A stretch of DNA of 64,000 bases from Nemertoderma westbladi (taxonomy: Eukaryota > Animalia > Xenacoelomorpha): contig JAUCBJ010007635.1 in the NCBI GenBank assembly GCA_032718475.1, positions 1 through 64,000 on the forward strand. Reading direction: 5' to 3'. Below the pieces are notes generated by a model, which had not been told where the DNA came from, did not search any database, and was given only the letters and a program-made list of their open reading frames with translations. How positions within the stretch are numbered: the first letter of the stretch is position 1; the number at the start of each line of letters is the position of its first letter. Positions 49,801 through 64,000 of this stretch are shown here, piece after piece. Both the position numbers and the translations under genes were made by a program.

Positions 49801-52800
49801 CAGTTGTATTGCTATTCCGTATGCAATAACTAACTTTCTCTTTCACAGTTGTATGGCTATTCCGTATGCAATAACTATTTTTCTCTTTCACAGTTGTATG
49901 GCTATTCCGTATGCAATAACTAACTTTCACTTTCACTGTTGTATGGCTATTCCGTATGCAATAACTAACTTTCACTTTCACTGTTGCATCGCTATTCCGT
50001 ATGCAATAACTAACTTTCTCTTTCACAGTTGTATGGCTATTCCGTATGCAATAACTAACTTTCACTTTCACAGTTGTATGGCTATTCCGTATGCAATAAC
50101 TATTTTTCTCTTTCACAGTTGTATGGCTATTCCGTATGCAATAACTAACTTTCACTTTCACAGTTGTATGGCTATTCCGTATGCAATAACTATTTTTCTC
50201 TTTCACAGTTGTATGGCTATTCCGTATACAATAACTAACTTTCACTTTCACAGTTGTATGGCTATTCCGTATGCAATAACTATTTTTCTCTTTCACAGTT
50301 GTATGGCTATTCCGTATGCAATAACTATTTTTCTCTTTCACAGTTGTATGGCTATTCCGTATACAATAACTAACTTTCACTTTCACAGTTGTATGGCTAT
50401 TCCGTATACAATAACTAACTTTCTCTTTCACAGTTGTATGTATGGCTATTCCGTATGCAATAACTATTTTTCTCTTTCACAGTTGTATGGCTATTCCGTA
50501 TGCAATAACTAACTTTCACTTTCACAGTTGTATGGCTATTCCGTATGCAATAACTATTTTTCTCTTTCACAGTTGTATGGCTATTCCGTATACAATAACT
50601 AACTTTCTCTTTCACAGTTGTATGTATGGCTATTCCGTATGCAATAACTATTTTTCTCTTTCACAGTTGTATGGCTATTCCGTATGCAATAACTATTTTT
50701 CTCTTTCACAGTTGTATGGCTATTCCGTATACAATAACTAACTTTCTCTTTCACAGTTGTATGGCTATTCCGTATGCAATAACTATTTTTCTCTTTCACA
50801 GTTGTATGGCTATTCCGTATGCAATAACTAACTTTCACTTTCACAGTTGTATGGCTATTCCGTATGCAATAACTAACTTTCTCTTTCACAGTTGTATGGC
50901 TATTCCGTATGCAATAACTATTTTTCTCTTTCACAGTTGTATGGCTATTCCGTATGCAATAACTAACTTTCACTTTCACAGTTGTATGGCTATTCCGTAT
51001 GCAATAACTATTTTTCTCTTTCACAGTTGTATGGCTATTCCGTATGCAATAACTAACTTTCACTTTCACAGTTGTATGGCTATTCCGTATGCAATAACTA
51101 ACTTTCACTTTCACAGTTGTATGGCTATTCCGTATGCAATAACTATTTTTCTCTTTCACAGTTGTATGGCTATTCCGTATGCAATAACTAACTTTCTCTT
51201 TCACAGTTGTATGGCTATTCCGTATGCAATAACTATTTTTCTCTTTCACAGTTGTATGGCTATTCCGTATACAATAACTAACTTTCACTTTCACAGTTGT
51301 ATGGCTATTCCGTATGCAATAACTAACTTTCTCTTTCACAGTTGTATGGCTATTCCGTATGCAATAACTATTTTTCTCTTTCACAGTTGTATGGCTATTC
51401 CGTATGCAATAACTAACTTTCACTTTCACAGTTGTATGGCTATTCCGTATGCAATAACTAACTTTCTCTTTCACAGTTGTGTGGCTATTCCGTATGCAAT
51501 AACTATTTTTCTCTTTCACAGTTGTATGGCTATTCCGTATGCAATAACTAACTTTCACTTTCACAGTTGTATGGCTATTCCGTATGCAATAACTAACTTT
51601 CACTTTCACAGTTGTATGGCTATTCCGTATGCAATAACTATTTTTCTCTTTCACAGTTGTATGGCTATTCCGTATGCAATAACTATTTTTCTCTTTCACA
51701 GTTGTATGGCTATTCCGTATGCAATAACTAACTTTCACTTTCACAGTTGTATGGCTATTCCGTATGCAATAACTAACTTTCACTTTCACAGTTGTATGGC
51801 TATTCCGTATGCAATAACTAACTTTCTCTTTCACAGTTGTATGGCTATTCCGTATGCAATAACTATTTTTCTCTTTCACAGTTGTATGGCTATTCCGTAT
51901 GCAATAACTAACTTTCACTTTCAGGGTTGTATGTATGGCTATTCCGTATGCAATAACTAACTTTTACTTTCACAGTTGTATGGCTATTCCGTATGCAATA
52001 ACTAACTTTCACTTTCACAGTTGTATGGCTATTCCGTATGCAATAACTATTTTTCTCTTTCACAGTTGTATGGCTATTCCGTATGCAATAACTAACTTTC
52101 TCTTTCACAGTTGTATGGCTATTCCGTATGCAATAACTAACTTTCACTTTCACAGTTGTATGGCTATTCCGTATACAATAACTATTTTTCTCTTTCACAG
52201 TTGTATGGCTATTCCGTATACAATAACTAACTTTCTCTTTCACAGTTGTATGGCTATTCCGTATGCAATAACTAACTTTCTCTTTCACAGTTGTATGGCT
52301 ATTCCGTATGCAATAACTAACTTTCTCTTTCACAGTTGTATGGCTATTCCGTATACAATAACTAACTTTCTCTTTCACAGTTGTATGGCTATTCCGTATG
52401 CAATAACTATTTTTCTCTTTCACAGTTGTATGGCTATTCCGTATGTAATAACTATTTTTCTCTTTCACAGTTGTATGGCTATTCCGTATACAATAACTAA
52501 CATTCATTTTCCGAGTTGTATGGCTATTCCGTATACAATAACTAACTTTCTCTTTCACAGTTGTATGGCTATTCCGTATACAATAACTATTTTTCTCTTT
52601 CACAGTTGTATGGCTATTCCGTATACAATAACTAACTTTCTCTTTCACAGTTGTATGGCTATTCCGTATGCAATAACTATTTTTCTCTTTCACAGTTGTA
52701 TGGCTATTCCGTATGCAATAACTATTTTTCTCTTTCACAGTTGTATGGCTATTCCGTATACAATAACTAACATTCATTTTCCGAGTTGTATGGCTATTCC

Positions 52801-55800
52801 GTATGCAATAACTATTTTTCTCTTTCACAGTTGTATGGCTATTCCGTATACAATAACTAACATTCATTTTCCGAGTTGTATGGCTATTCCGTATGCAATA
52901 ACTATTTTTCTCTTTCACAGTTGTATGGCTATTCCGTATACAATAACTAACATTCATTTTCCGAGTTGTATGGCTATTCCGTATGCAATAACTATTTTTC
53001 ACTTTCACAGTTGTATGGCTATTCCGTATGCAATAACTAACTTTCACTTTCACAGTTGTATGGCTATTCCGTATGCAATAACTATTTTTCTCTTTCACAG
53101 TTGTATGGCTATTCCGTATGCAATAACTAACTTTCTCTTTCACAGTTGTATGGCTATTCCGTATGCAATAACTAACTTTCACTTTCACAGTTGTATGGCT
53201 ATTCCGTATGCAATAACTATTTTTCTCTTTCACAGTTGTATGGCTATTCCGTATGCAATAACTATTTTTCTCTTTCACAGTTGTATGGCTATTCCGTATG
53301 CAATAACTATTTTTCTCTTTCACAGTTGTATGGCTATTCCGTATGCAATAACTAACTTTCTCTTTCACAGTTGTATGGCTATTCCGTATGCAATAACTAT
53401 TTTTCTCTTTCACAGTTGTATGGCTATTCCGTATACAATAACTAACTTTCACTTTCACAGTTGTATGGCTATTCCGTATGCAATAACTATTTTTCTCTTT
53501 CACAGTTGTATGGCTATTCCGTATACAATAACTATTTTTCTCTTTCACAGTTGTATGGCTATTCCGTATACAATAACTAACTTTCTCTTTCACAGTTGTA
53601 TGTATGGCTATTCCGTATGCAATAACTATTTTTCTCTTTCACAGTTGTATGGCTATTCCGTATGCAATAACTAACTTTCACTTTCACAGTTGTATGGCTA
53701 TTCCGTATGCAATAACTATTTTTCTCTTTCACAGTTGTATGGCTATTCCGTATGCAATAACTATTTTTCTCTTTCACAGTTGTATGGCTATTCCGTATAC
53801 AATAACTAACTTTCTCTTTCACAGTTGTATGGCTATTCCGTATGCAATAACTATTTTTCTCTTTCACAGTTGTATGGCTATTCCGTATGCAATAACTAAC
53901 TTTCACTTTCACAGTTGTATGGCTATTCCGTATGCAATAACTAACTTTCTCTTTCACAGTTGTATGGCTATTCCGTATGCAATAACTATTTTTCTCTTTC
54001 ACAGTTGTATGGCTATTCCGTATGCAATAACTAACTTTCACTTTCACAGTTGTATGGCTATTCCGTATGCAATAACTATTTTTCTCTTTCACAGTTGTAT
54101 GGCTATTCCGTATGCAATAACTAACTTTCACTTTCACAGTTGTATGGCTATTCCGTATGCAATAACTAACTTTCACTTTCACAGTTGTATGGCTATTCCG
54201 TATGCAATAACTATTTTTCTCTTTCACAGTTGTATGGCTATTCCGTATGCAATAACTAACTTTCTCTTTCACAGTTGTATGGCTATTCCGTATGCAATAA
54301 CTATTTTTCTCTTTCACAGTTGTATGGCTATTCCGTATACAATAACTAACTTTCACTTTCACAGTTGTATGGCTATTCCGTATGCAATAACTAACTTTCT
54401 CTTTCACAGTTGTATGGCTATTCCGTATGCAATAACTATTTTTCTCTTTCACAGTTGTATGGCTATTCCGTATGCAATAACTAACTTTCACTTTCACAGT
54501 TGTATGGCTATTCCGTATGCAATAACTAACTTTCTCTTTCACAGTTGTATGGCTATTCCGTATGCAATAACTATTTTTCTCTTTCACAGTTGTATGGCTA
54601 TTCCGTATGCAATAACTAACTTTCACTTTCACAGTTGTATGGCTATTCCGTATGCAATAACTAACTTTCACTTTCACAGTTGTATGGCTATTCCGTATAC
54701 AATAACTATTTTTCTCTTTCACAGTTGTATGGCTATTCCGTATGCAATAACTAACTTTCACTTTCAGGGTTGTATGTATGGCTATTCCGTATGCAATAAC
54801 TAACTTTTACTTTCACAGTTGTATGGCTATTCCGTATGCAATAACTAACTTTTACTTTCACAGTTGTATGGCTATTCCGTATGCAATAACTAACTTTCTC
54901 TTTCACAGTTGTATGGCTATTCCGTATGCAATAACTATTTTTCTCTTTCACAGTTGTATGGCTATTCCGTATGCAATAACTATTTTTCTCTTTCACAGTT
55001 GTATGGCTATTCCGTATGCAATAACTAACTTTCACTTTCAGGGTTGTATGTATGGCTATTCCGTATGCAATAACTAACTTTTACTTTCACAGTTGTATGG
55101 CTATTCCGTATGCAATAACTAACTTTCTCTTTCACAGTTGTATGGCTATTCCGTATGCAATAACTATTTTTCTCTTTCACAGTTGTATGGCTATTCCGTA
55201 TGCAATAACTATTTTTCTCTTTCACAGTTGTATGGCTATTCCGTATGCAATAACTAACTTTCACTTTCAGGGTTGTATGTATGGCTATTCCGTATGCAAT
55301 AACTAACTTTTACTTTCACAGTTGTATGGCTATTCCGTATGCAATAACTAACTTTCTCTTTCACAGTTGTATGGCTATTCCGTATGCAATAACTATTTTT
55401 CTCTTTCACAGTTGTATGGCTATTCCGTATGCAATAACTAACTTTCACTTTCACAGTTGTATGGCTATTCCGTATGCAATAACTAACTTTCACTTTCACA
55501 GTTGTATGGCTATTCCGTATGCAATAACTAACTTTCACTTTCAGGGTTGTATGTATGGCTATTCCGTATGCAATAACTAACTTTTACTTTCACAGTTGTA
55601 TGGCTATTCCGTATGCAATAACTATTTTTCTCTTTCACAGTTGTATGGCTATTCCGTATGCAATAACTAACTTTCACTTTCACAGTTGTATGGCTATTCC
55701 GTATGCAATAACTAACTTTCACTTTCACAGTTGTATGGCTATTCCGTATGCAATAACTAACTTTCACTTTCACAGTTGTATGTCTATTCCGTATGCAATA

Positions 55801-58800
55801 ACTAACTTTCACTTTCAGGGTTGTATGTATGGCTATTCCGTATGCAATAACTAACTTTTACTTTCACAGTTGTATGGCTATTCCGTATGCAATAACTAAC
55901 TTTCACTTTCACAGTTGTATGGCTATTCCGTATGCAATAACTATTTTTCTCTTTCACAGTTGTATGGCTATTCCGTATGCAATAACTAACTTTCTCTTTC
56001 ACAGTTGTATGGCTATTCCGTATGCAATAACTATTTTTCTCTTTCACAGTTGTATGGCTATTCCGTATACAATAACTAACTTTCTCTTTCACAGTTGTAT
56101 GGCTATTCCGTATGCAATAACTATTTTTCTCTTTCACAGTTGTATGGCTATTCCGTATGCAATAACTAACTTTCTCTTTCACAGTTGTATGGCTATTCCG
56201 TATGCAATAACTATTTTTCTCTTTCACAGTTGTATGGCTATTCCGTATGCAATAACTAACTTTCTCTTTCACAGTTGTATGGCTATTCCGTATGCAATAA
56301 CTATTTTTCTCTTTCACAGTTGTATGGCTATTCCGTATACAATAACTAACTTTCTCTTTCACAGTTGTATGGCTATTCCGTATGCAATAACTATTTTTCT
56401 CTTTCACAGTTGTATGGCTATTCCGTATGCAATAACTAACTTTCTCTTTCACAGTTGTATGGCTATTCCGTATGCAATAACTATTTTTCTCTTTCACAGT
56501 TGTATGGCTATTCCGTATGCAATAACTAACTTTCTCTTTCACAGTTGTATGGCTATTCCGTATGCAATAACTATTTTTCTCTTTCACAGTTGTATGGCTA
56601 TTCCGTATGCAATAACTATTTTTCTCTTTCACAGTTGTATGGCTATTCCGTATGCAATAACTATTTTTCTCTTTCACAGTTGTATGGCTATTCCGTATGC
56701 AATAACTAACTTTCTCTTTCACAGTTGTATGGCTATTCCGTATGCAATAACTAACTTTCTCTTTCACAGTTGTATGGCTATTCCGTATGCAATAACTATT
56801 TTTCTCTTTCACAGTTGTATGGCTATTCCGTATGCAATAACTAACTTTCTCTTTCACAGTTGTATGGCTATTCCGTATACAATAACTAACTTTCTCTTTC
56901 ACAGTTGTATGGCTATTCCGTATGCAATAACTAACTTTCACTTTCACAGTTGTATGGCTATTCCGTATGCAATAACTATTTTTCTCTTTCACAGTTGTAT
57001 GGCTATTCCGTATGCAATAACTAACTTTCTCTTTCACAGTTGTATGGCTATTCCGTATACAATAACTAACTTTCTCTTTCACAGTTGTATGGCTATTCCG
57101 TATGCAATAACTAACTTTCACTTTCACAGTTGTATGGCTATTCCGTATGCAATAACTATTTTTCTCTTTCACAGTTGTATGGCTATTCCGTATGCAATAA
57201 CTATTTTTCTCTTTCACAGTTGTATGGCTATTCCGTATGCAATAACTATTTTTCTCTTTCACAGTTGTATGGCTATTCCGTATGCAATAACTATTTTTCT
57301 CTTTCACAGTTGTATGGCTATTCCGTATGCAATAACTAACTTTCACTTTCACAGTTGTATGGCTATTCCGTATGCAATAACTATTTTTCTCTTTCACAGT
57401 TGTATGGCTATTCCGTATGCAATAACTAACTTTCACTTTCACAGTTGTATGGCTATTCCGTATGCAATAACTATTTTTCTCTTTCACAGTTGTATGGCTA
57501 TTCCGTATGCAATAACTATTTTTCTCTTTCACAGTTGTATGGCTATTCCGTATGCAATAACTAACTTTCACTTTCACAGTTGTATGGCTATTCCGTATGC
57601 AATAACTAACTTTCACTTTCACAGTTGTATAGCTATTCCGTATGCAATAACTAACTTTCACTTTCACAGTTGTATAGCTATTCCGTATGCAATAACTATT
57701 TTTCTCTTTCACAGTTGTATGGCTATTCCGTATGCAATAACTATTTTTCTCTTTCACAGTTGTATGGCTATTCCGTATGCAATAACTATTTTTCTCTTTC
57801 ACAGTTGTATGGCTATTCCGTATGCAATAACTATTTTTCTCTTTCACAGTTGTATGGCTATTCCGTATGCAATAACTATTTTTCTCTTTCACAGTTGTAT
57901 GGCTATTCCGTATGCAATAACTATTTTTCTCTTTCACAGTTGTATGGCTATTCCGTATGCAATAACTATTTTTCTCTTTCACAGTTGTATGGCTATTCCG
58001 TATGCAATAACTAACTTTCTCTTTCACAGTTGTATGGCTATTCCGTATACAATAACTAACTTTCACTTTCACAGTTGTATGGCTATTCCGTATGCAATAA
58101 CTATTTTTCTCTTTCACAGTTGTATGGCTATTCCGTATGCAATAACTATTTTTCTCTTTCACAGTTGTATGGCTATTCCGTATGCAATAACTAACTTTCA
58201 CTTTCACAGTTGTATGGCTATTCCGTATGCAATAACTAACTTTCTCTTTCACAGTTGTATGGCTATTCCGTATGCAATAACTATTTTTCTCTTTCACAGT
58301 TGTATGGCTATTCCGTATGCAATAACTAACTTTCACTTTCAGGGTTGTATGTATGGCTATTCCGTATGCAATAACTAACTTTTACTTTCACAGTTGTATG
58401 GCTATTCCGTATGCAATAACTAACTTTCACTTTCACAGTTGTATGGCTATTCCGTATGCAATAACTATTTTTCTCTTTCACAGTTGTATGGCTATTCCGT
58501 ATGCAATAACTAACTTTCTCTTTCACAGTTGTATGGCTATTCCGTATGCAATAACTAACTTTCACTTTCACAGTTGTATGGCTATTCCGTATACAATAAC
58601 TATTTTTCTCTTTCACAGTTGTATGGCTATTCCGTATACAATAACTAACTTTCTCTTTCACAGTTGTATGGCTATTCCGTATACAATAACTAACTTTCTC
58701 TTTCACAGTTGTATGGCTATTCCGTATGCAATAACTATTTTTCTCTTTCACAGTTGTATGGCTATTCCGTATGTAATAACTATTTTTCTCTTTCACAGTT

Positions 58801-61800
58801 GTATGGCTATTCCGTATACAATAACTAACATTCATTTTCCGAGTTGTATGGCTATTCCGTATACAATAACTAACTTTCTCTTTCACAGTTGTATGGCTAT
58901 TCCGTATACAATAACTATTTTTCTCTTTCACAGTTGTATGGCTATTCCGTATACAATAACTAACTTTCTCTTTCACAGTTGTATGGCTATTCCGTATGCA
59001 ATAACTATTTTTCTCTTTCACAGTTGTATGGCTATTCCGTATGCAATAACTATTTTTCTCTTTCACAGTTGTATGGCTATTCCGTATACAATAACTAACA
59101 TTCATTTTCCGAGTTGTATGGCTATTCCGTATGCAATAACTATTTTTCTCTTTCACAGTTGTATGGCTATTCCGTATGCAATAACTATTTTTCACTTTCA
59201 CAGTTGTATGGCTATTCCGTATGCAATAACTAACTTTCACTTTCACAGTTGTATGGCTATTCCGTATGCAATAACTATTTTTCTCTTTCACAGTTGTATG
59301 GCTATTCCGTATGCAATAACTAACTTTCTCTTTCACAGTTGTATGGCTATTCCGTATGCAATAACTAACTTTCACTTTCACAGTTGTATGGCTATTCCGT
59401 ATGCAATAACTATTTTTCTCTTTCACAGTTGTATGGCTATTCCGTATGCAATAACTATTTTTCTCTTTCACAGTTGTATGGCTATTCCGTATGCAATAAC
59501 TATTTTTCTCTTTCACAGTTGTATGGCTATTCCGTATGCAATAACTAACTTTCTCTTTCACAGTTGTATGGCTATTCCGTATGCAATAACTATTTTTCTC
59601 TTTCACAGTTGTATGGCTATTCCGTATGCAATAACTAACTTTCACTTTCAGGGTTGTATGTATGGCTATTCCGTATGCAATAACTAACTTTCTCTTTCAC
59701 AGTTGTATGGCTATTCCGTATGCAATAACTAACTTTCTCTTTCACAGTTGTATGGCTATTCCGTATGCAATAACTATTTTTCTCTTTCACAGTTGTATGG
59801 CTATTCCGTATACAATAACTAACTTTCACTTTCACAGTTGTATGGCTATTCCGTATGCAATAACTAACTTTCTCTTTCACAGTTGTATGGCTATTCCGTA
59901 TGCAATAACTAACTTTCTCTTTCACAGTTGTATGGCTATTCCGTATGCAATAACTATTTTTCTCTTTCACAGTTGTATGGCTATTCCGTATACAATAACT
60001 AACTTTCACTTTCACAGTTGTATGGCTATTCCGTATGCAATAACTAACTTTCACTTTCACAGTTGTATGGCTATTCCGTATGCAATAACTAACTTTCACT
60101 TTCACAGTTGTATGGCTATTCCGTATGCAATAACTATTTTTCTCTTTCACAGTTGTATGGCTATTCCGTATACAATAACTATTTTTCTCTTTCACAGTTG
60201 TATGGCTATTCCGTATACAATAACTATTTTTCTCTTTCACAGTTGTATGGCTATTCCGTATGCAATAACTATTTTTCTCTTTCACAGTTGTATGGCTATT
60301 CCGTATGCAATAACTATTTTTCTCTTTCACAGTTGTATGGCTATTCCGTATACAATAACTAACTTTCACTTTCACAGTTGTATGGCTATTCCGTATGCAA
60401 TAACTAACTTTCACTTTCACAGTTGTATGGCTATTCCGTATGCAATAACTATTTTTCTCTTTCACAGTTGTATGGCTATTCCGTATGCAATAACTATTTT
60501 TCTCTTTCACAGTTGTATGGCTATTCCGTATGCAATAACTAACTTTCACTTTCACAGTTGTATGGCTATTCCGTATGCAATAACTATTTTTCTCTTTCAC
60601 AGTTGTATGGCTATTCCGTATGCAATAACTATTTTTCTCTTTCACAGTTGTATGGCTATTCCGTATGCAATAACTAACTTTCACTTTCACAGTTGTATGG
60701 CTATTCCGTATGCAATAACTATTTTTCTCTTTCACAGTTGTATGGCTATTCCGTATGCAATAACTATTTTTCTCTTTCACAGTTGTATGGCTATTCCGTA
60801 TACAATAACTAACTTTCACTTTCACAGTTGTATGGCTATTCCGTATGCAATAACTAACTTTCACTTTCACAGTTGTATGGCTATTCCGTATGCAATAACT
60901 AACTTTCACTTTCACAGTTGTATGGCTATTCCGTATGCAATAACTATTTTTCTCTTTCACAGTTGTATGGCTATTCCGTATGCAATAACTATTTTTCTCT
61001 TTCACAGTTGTATGGCTATTCCGTATGCAATAACTAACTTTCACTTTCACAGTTGTATGGCTATTCCGTATGCAATAACTAACTTTCACTTTCAGGGTTG
61101 TATGTATGGCTATTCCGTATGCAATAACTAACTTTCTCTTTCACAGTTGTATGGCTATTCCGTATACAATAACTATTTTTCTCTTTCACAGTTGTATGGC
61201 TATTCCGTATGCAATAACTAACTTTCACTTTCACAGTTGTATGTATGGCTATTCCGTATGCAATAACTATTTTTCTCTTTCACAGTTGTATGGCTATTCC
61301 GTATGCAATAACTATTTTTCTCTTTCACAGTTGTATGGCTATTCCGTATGCAATAACTAACTTTCTCTTTCACAGTTGTATGGCTATTCCGTATGCAATA
61401 ACTAACTTTCACTTTCACAGTTGTATGGCTATTCCGTATGCAATAACTATTTTTCTCTTTCACAGTTGTATGGCTATTCCGTATGCAATAACTAACTTTC
61501 ACTTTCACAGTTGTATGGCTATTCCGTATGCAATAACTATTTTTCTCTTTCACAGTTGTATGGCTATTCCGTATGCAATAACTATTTTTCTCTTTCACAG
61601 TTGTATGGCTATTCCGTATGCAATAACTAACTTTCACTTTCACAGTTGTATGGCTATTCCGTATGCAATAACTAACTTTCACTTTCACAGTTGTATGGCT
61701 ATTCCGTATGCAATAACTATTTTTCTCTTTCACAGTTGTATGGCTATTCCGTATGCAATAACTAACTTTCTCTTTCACAGTTGTATGGCTATTCCGTATG

Positions 61801-64000
61801 CAATAACTAACTTTCACTTTCACAGTTGTATGGCTATTCCGTATGCAATAACTATTTTTCTCTTTCACAGTTGTATGGCTATTCCGTATGCAATAACTAA
61901 CTTTCACTTTCACAGTTGTATGGCTATTCCGTATGCAATAACTATTTTTCTCTTTCACAGTTGTATGGCTATTCCGTATGCAATAACTATTTTTCTCTTT
62001 CACAGTTGTATGGCTATTCCGTATGCAATAACTAACTTTCACTTTCACAGTTGTATGGCTATTCCGTATGCAATAACTATTTTTCTCTTTCACAGTTGTA
62101 TGGCTATTCCGTATGCAATAACTATTTTTCTCTTTCACAGTTGTATAGCTATTCCGTATGCAATAACTAACTTTCACTTTCACAGTTGTATGGCTATTCC
62201 GTATGCAATAACTATTTTTCTCTTTCACAGTTGTATGGCTATTCCGTATGCAATAACTAACTTTCACTTTCACAGTTGTATGGCTATTCCGTATGCAATA
62301 ACTAACTTTCACTTTCACAGTTGTATGGCTATTCCGTATACAATAACTAACTTTCATTTTCCTAGTTGTATGGCTATTCCGTATACAATAACTATTTTTC
62401 TCTTTCACAGTTGTATGTCTATTCCGTATGCAATAACTATTTTTCTCTTTCACAGTTGTATGGCTATTCCGTATGCAATAACTAACTTTCACTTTCACAG
62501 TTGTATGGCTATTCCGTATGCAATAACTAACTTTCACTTTCACAGTTGTATGGCTATTCCCTATGCAATAACTAACTTTCACTTTCACAGTTGTATGGCT
62601 ATTCCGTATGCAATAACTAACTTTCACTTTCACAGTTGTATGGCTATTCCGTATGCAATAACTAACTTTCACTTTCACAGTTGTATAGCTATTCCGTATG
62701 CAATAACTAACTTTCATTTTCACAGTTGTATGGCTATTCCGTATGCAATAACTAACTTTCACTTTCACAGTTGTATGGCTATTCCGTATGCAATAACTAA
62801 CTTTCACTTTCACAGTTGTATGGCTATTCCGTATGCAATAACTAACTTTCACTTTCACAGTTGTATGGCTATTCCGTATGCAATAACTAACTTTCACTTT
62901 CACAGTTGTATGGCTATTCCCTATGCAATAACTAACTTTCACTTTCACAGTTGTATGGCTATTCCGTATGCAATAACTAACTTTCACTTTCACAGTTGTA
63001 TAGCTATTCCGTATGCAATAACTAACTTTCACTTTCACAGTTGTATGGCTATTCCGTATGCAATAACTAACCTTCTCTTTCACAGTTGTATAGCTATTCC
63101 GTATGCAATAACTAACTTTCACTTTCACAGTTGTATGGCTATTCCGTATGCAATAACTATTTTTCTCTTTCACAGTTGTATAGCTATTCCGTATGCAATA
63201 ACTAACTTTCACTTTCACAGTTGTATGGCTATTCCGTATGCAATAACTATTTTTCTCTTTCACAGTTGTATGGCTATTCCGTATGCAATAACTAACTTTC
63301 ACTTTCACAGTTGTATGGCTATTCCGTATGCAATAACTAACTTTCACTTTCACAGTTGTATGGCTATTCCCTATGCAATAACTAACTTTCACTTTCACAG
63401 TTGTATGGCTATTCCGTATGCAATAACTAACTTTCACTTTCACAGTTGTATGGCTATTCCGTATGCAATAACTAACTTTCACTTTCACAGTTGTATAGCT
63501 ATTCCGTATGCAATAACTAACTTTCACTTTCACAGTTGTATGGCTATTCCGTATGCAATAACTAACTTTCACTTTCACAGTTGTATGGCTATTCCGTATG
63601 CAATAACTAACTTTCACTTTCACAGTTGTATGGCTATTCCGTATGCAATAACTAACTTTCACTTTCACAGTTGTATGGCTATTCCGTATGCAATAACTAA
63701 CTTTCACTTTCACAGTTGTATGGCTATTCCCTATGCAATAACTAACTTTCACTTTCACAGTTGTATGGCTATTCCGTATGCAATAACTAACTTTCACTTT
63801 CACAGTTGTATGGCTATTCCGTATGCAATAACTAACTTTCACTTTCACAGTTGTATGGCTATTCCGTATGCAATAACTAACTTTCACTTTCACAGTTGTA
63901 TGGCTATTCCGTATGCAATAACTAACTTTCACTTTCACAGTTGTATGGCTATTCCGTATGCAATAACTAACTTTCACTTTCACAGTTGTATGGCTATTCC
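22802..64000. repeat. 45-bp satellite array, roughly 900 copies, running off the window end
   Basis: Consensus TTGTATGGCTATTCCGTATGCAATAACTAACTTTCACTTTCACAG. Variants include ACTATTTTTCTCTTTCACAG, CATTTTCCGAG, CTTTCAGGG and +4 GTAT insertions. Confidence 0.99.

Noticed and set aside
22866-63983. Dozens of long ORFs (MAIPYAITNFHFHSC)n and (KVKVSYCIRNSHTTV)n
   Set aside because: They arise because the 45-bp monomer is a multiple of 3 and lacks stops in one frame per strand. Frequent +4 and +1 indels break the frames, so there is no sign of coding constraint.

Overview
AT-rich, intron-containing animal genomic DNA; the species cannot be determined from the sequence. The window holds two tandem paralogous + strand genes for an Ig-domain/FN3 single-pass receptor with a tyrosine-rich tail. 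Gene 1 shows its last three coding exons (937-8255) and gene 2 its first two (17041-21897). Between them is a young, 5'-truncated Penelope-like retroelement (RT + GIY-YIG, - strand). It has inverted pLTRs carrying a minimal hammerhead ribozyme and an in-frame Thr/Pro repeat of about 400 aa that splits the RT core. Intron 1 of gene 2 contains a TSD-flanked non-coding element of 676-bp tandem units (retrozyme-like). Each full unit carries a hammerhead core whose cleavable strand appears to lie inside the stem II loop, an atypical topology and the most novel-looking signal here. The homologous intron is filled in gene 1 by an 86-bp repeat of the exon end plus splice donor, and in gene 2 by a >41 kb 45-bp satellite that resembles a 3' splice site. 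The many ORFs in 22.8-64 kb are satellite artefacts. All structures were read by eye; no searches or folding programs were run.
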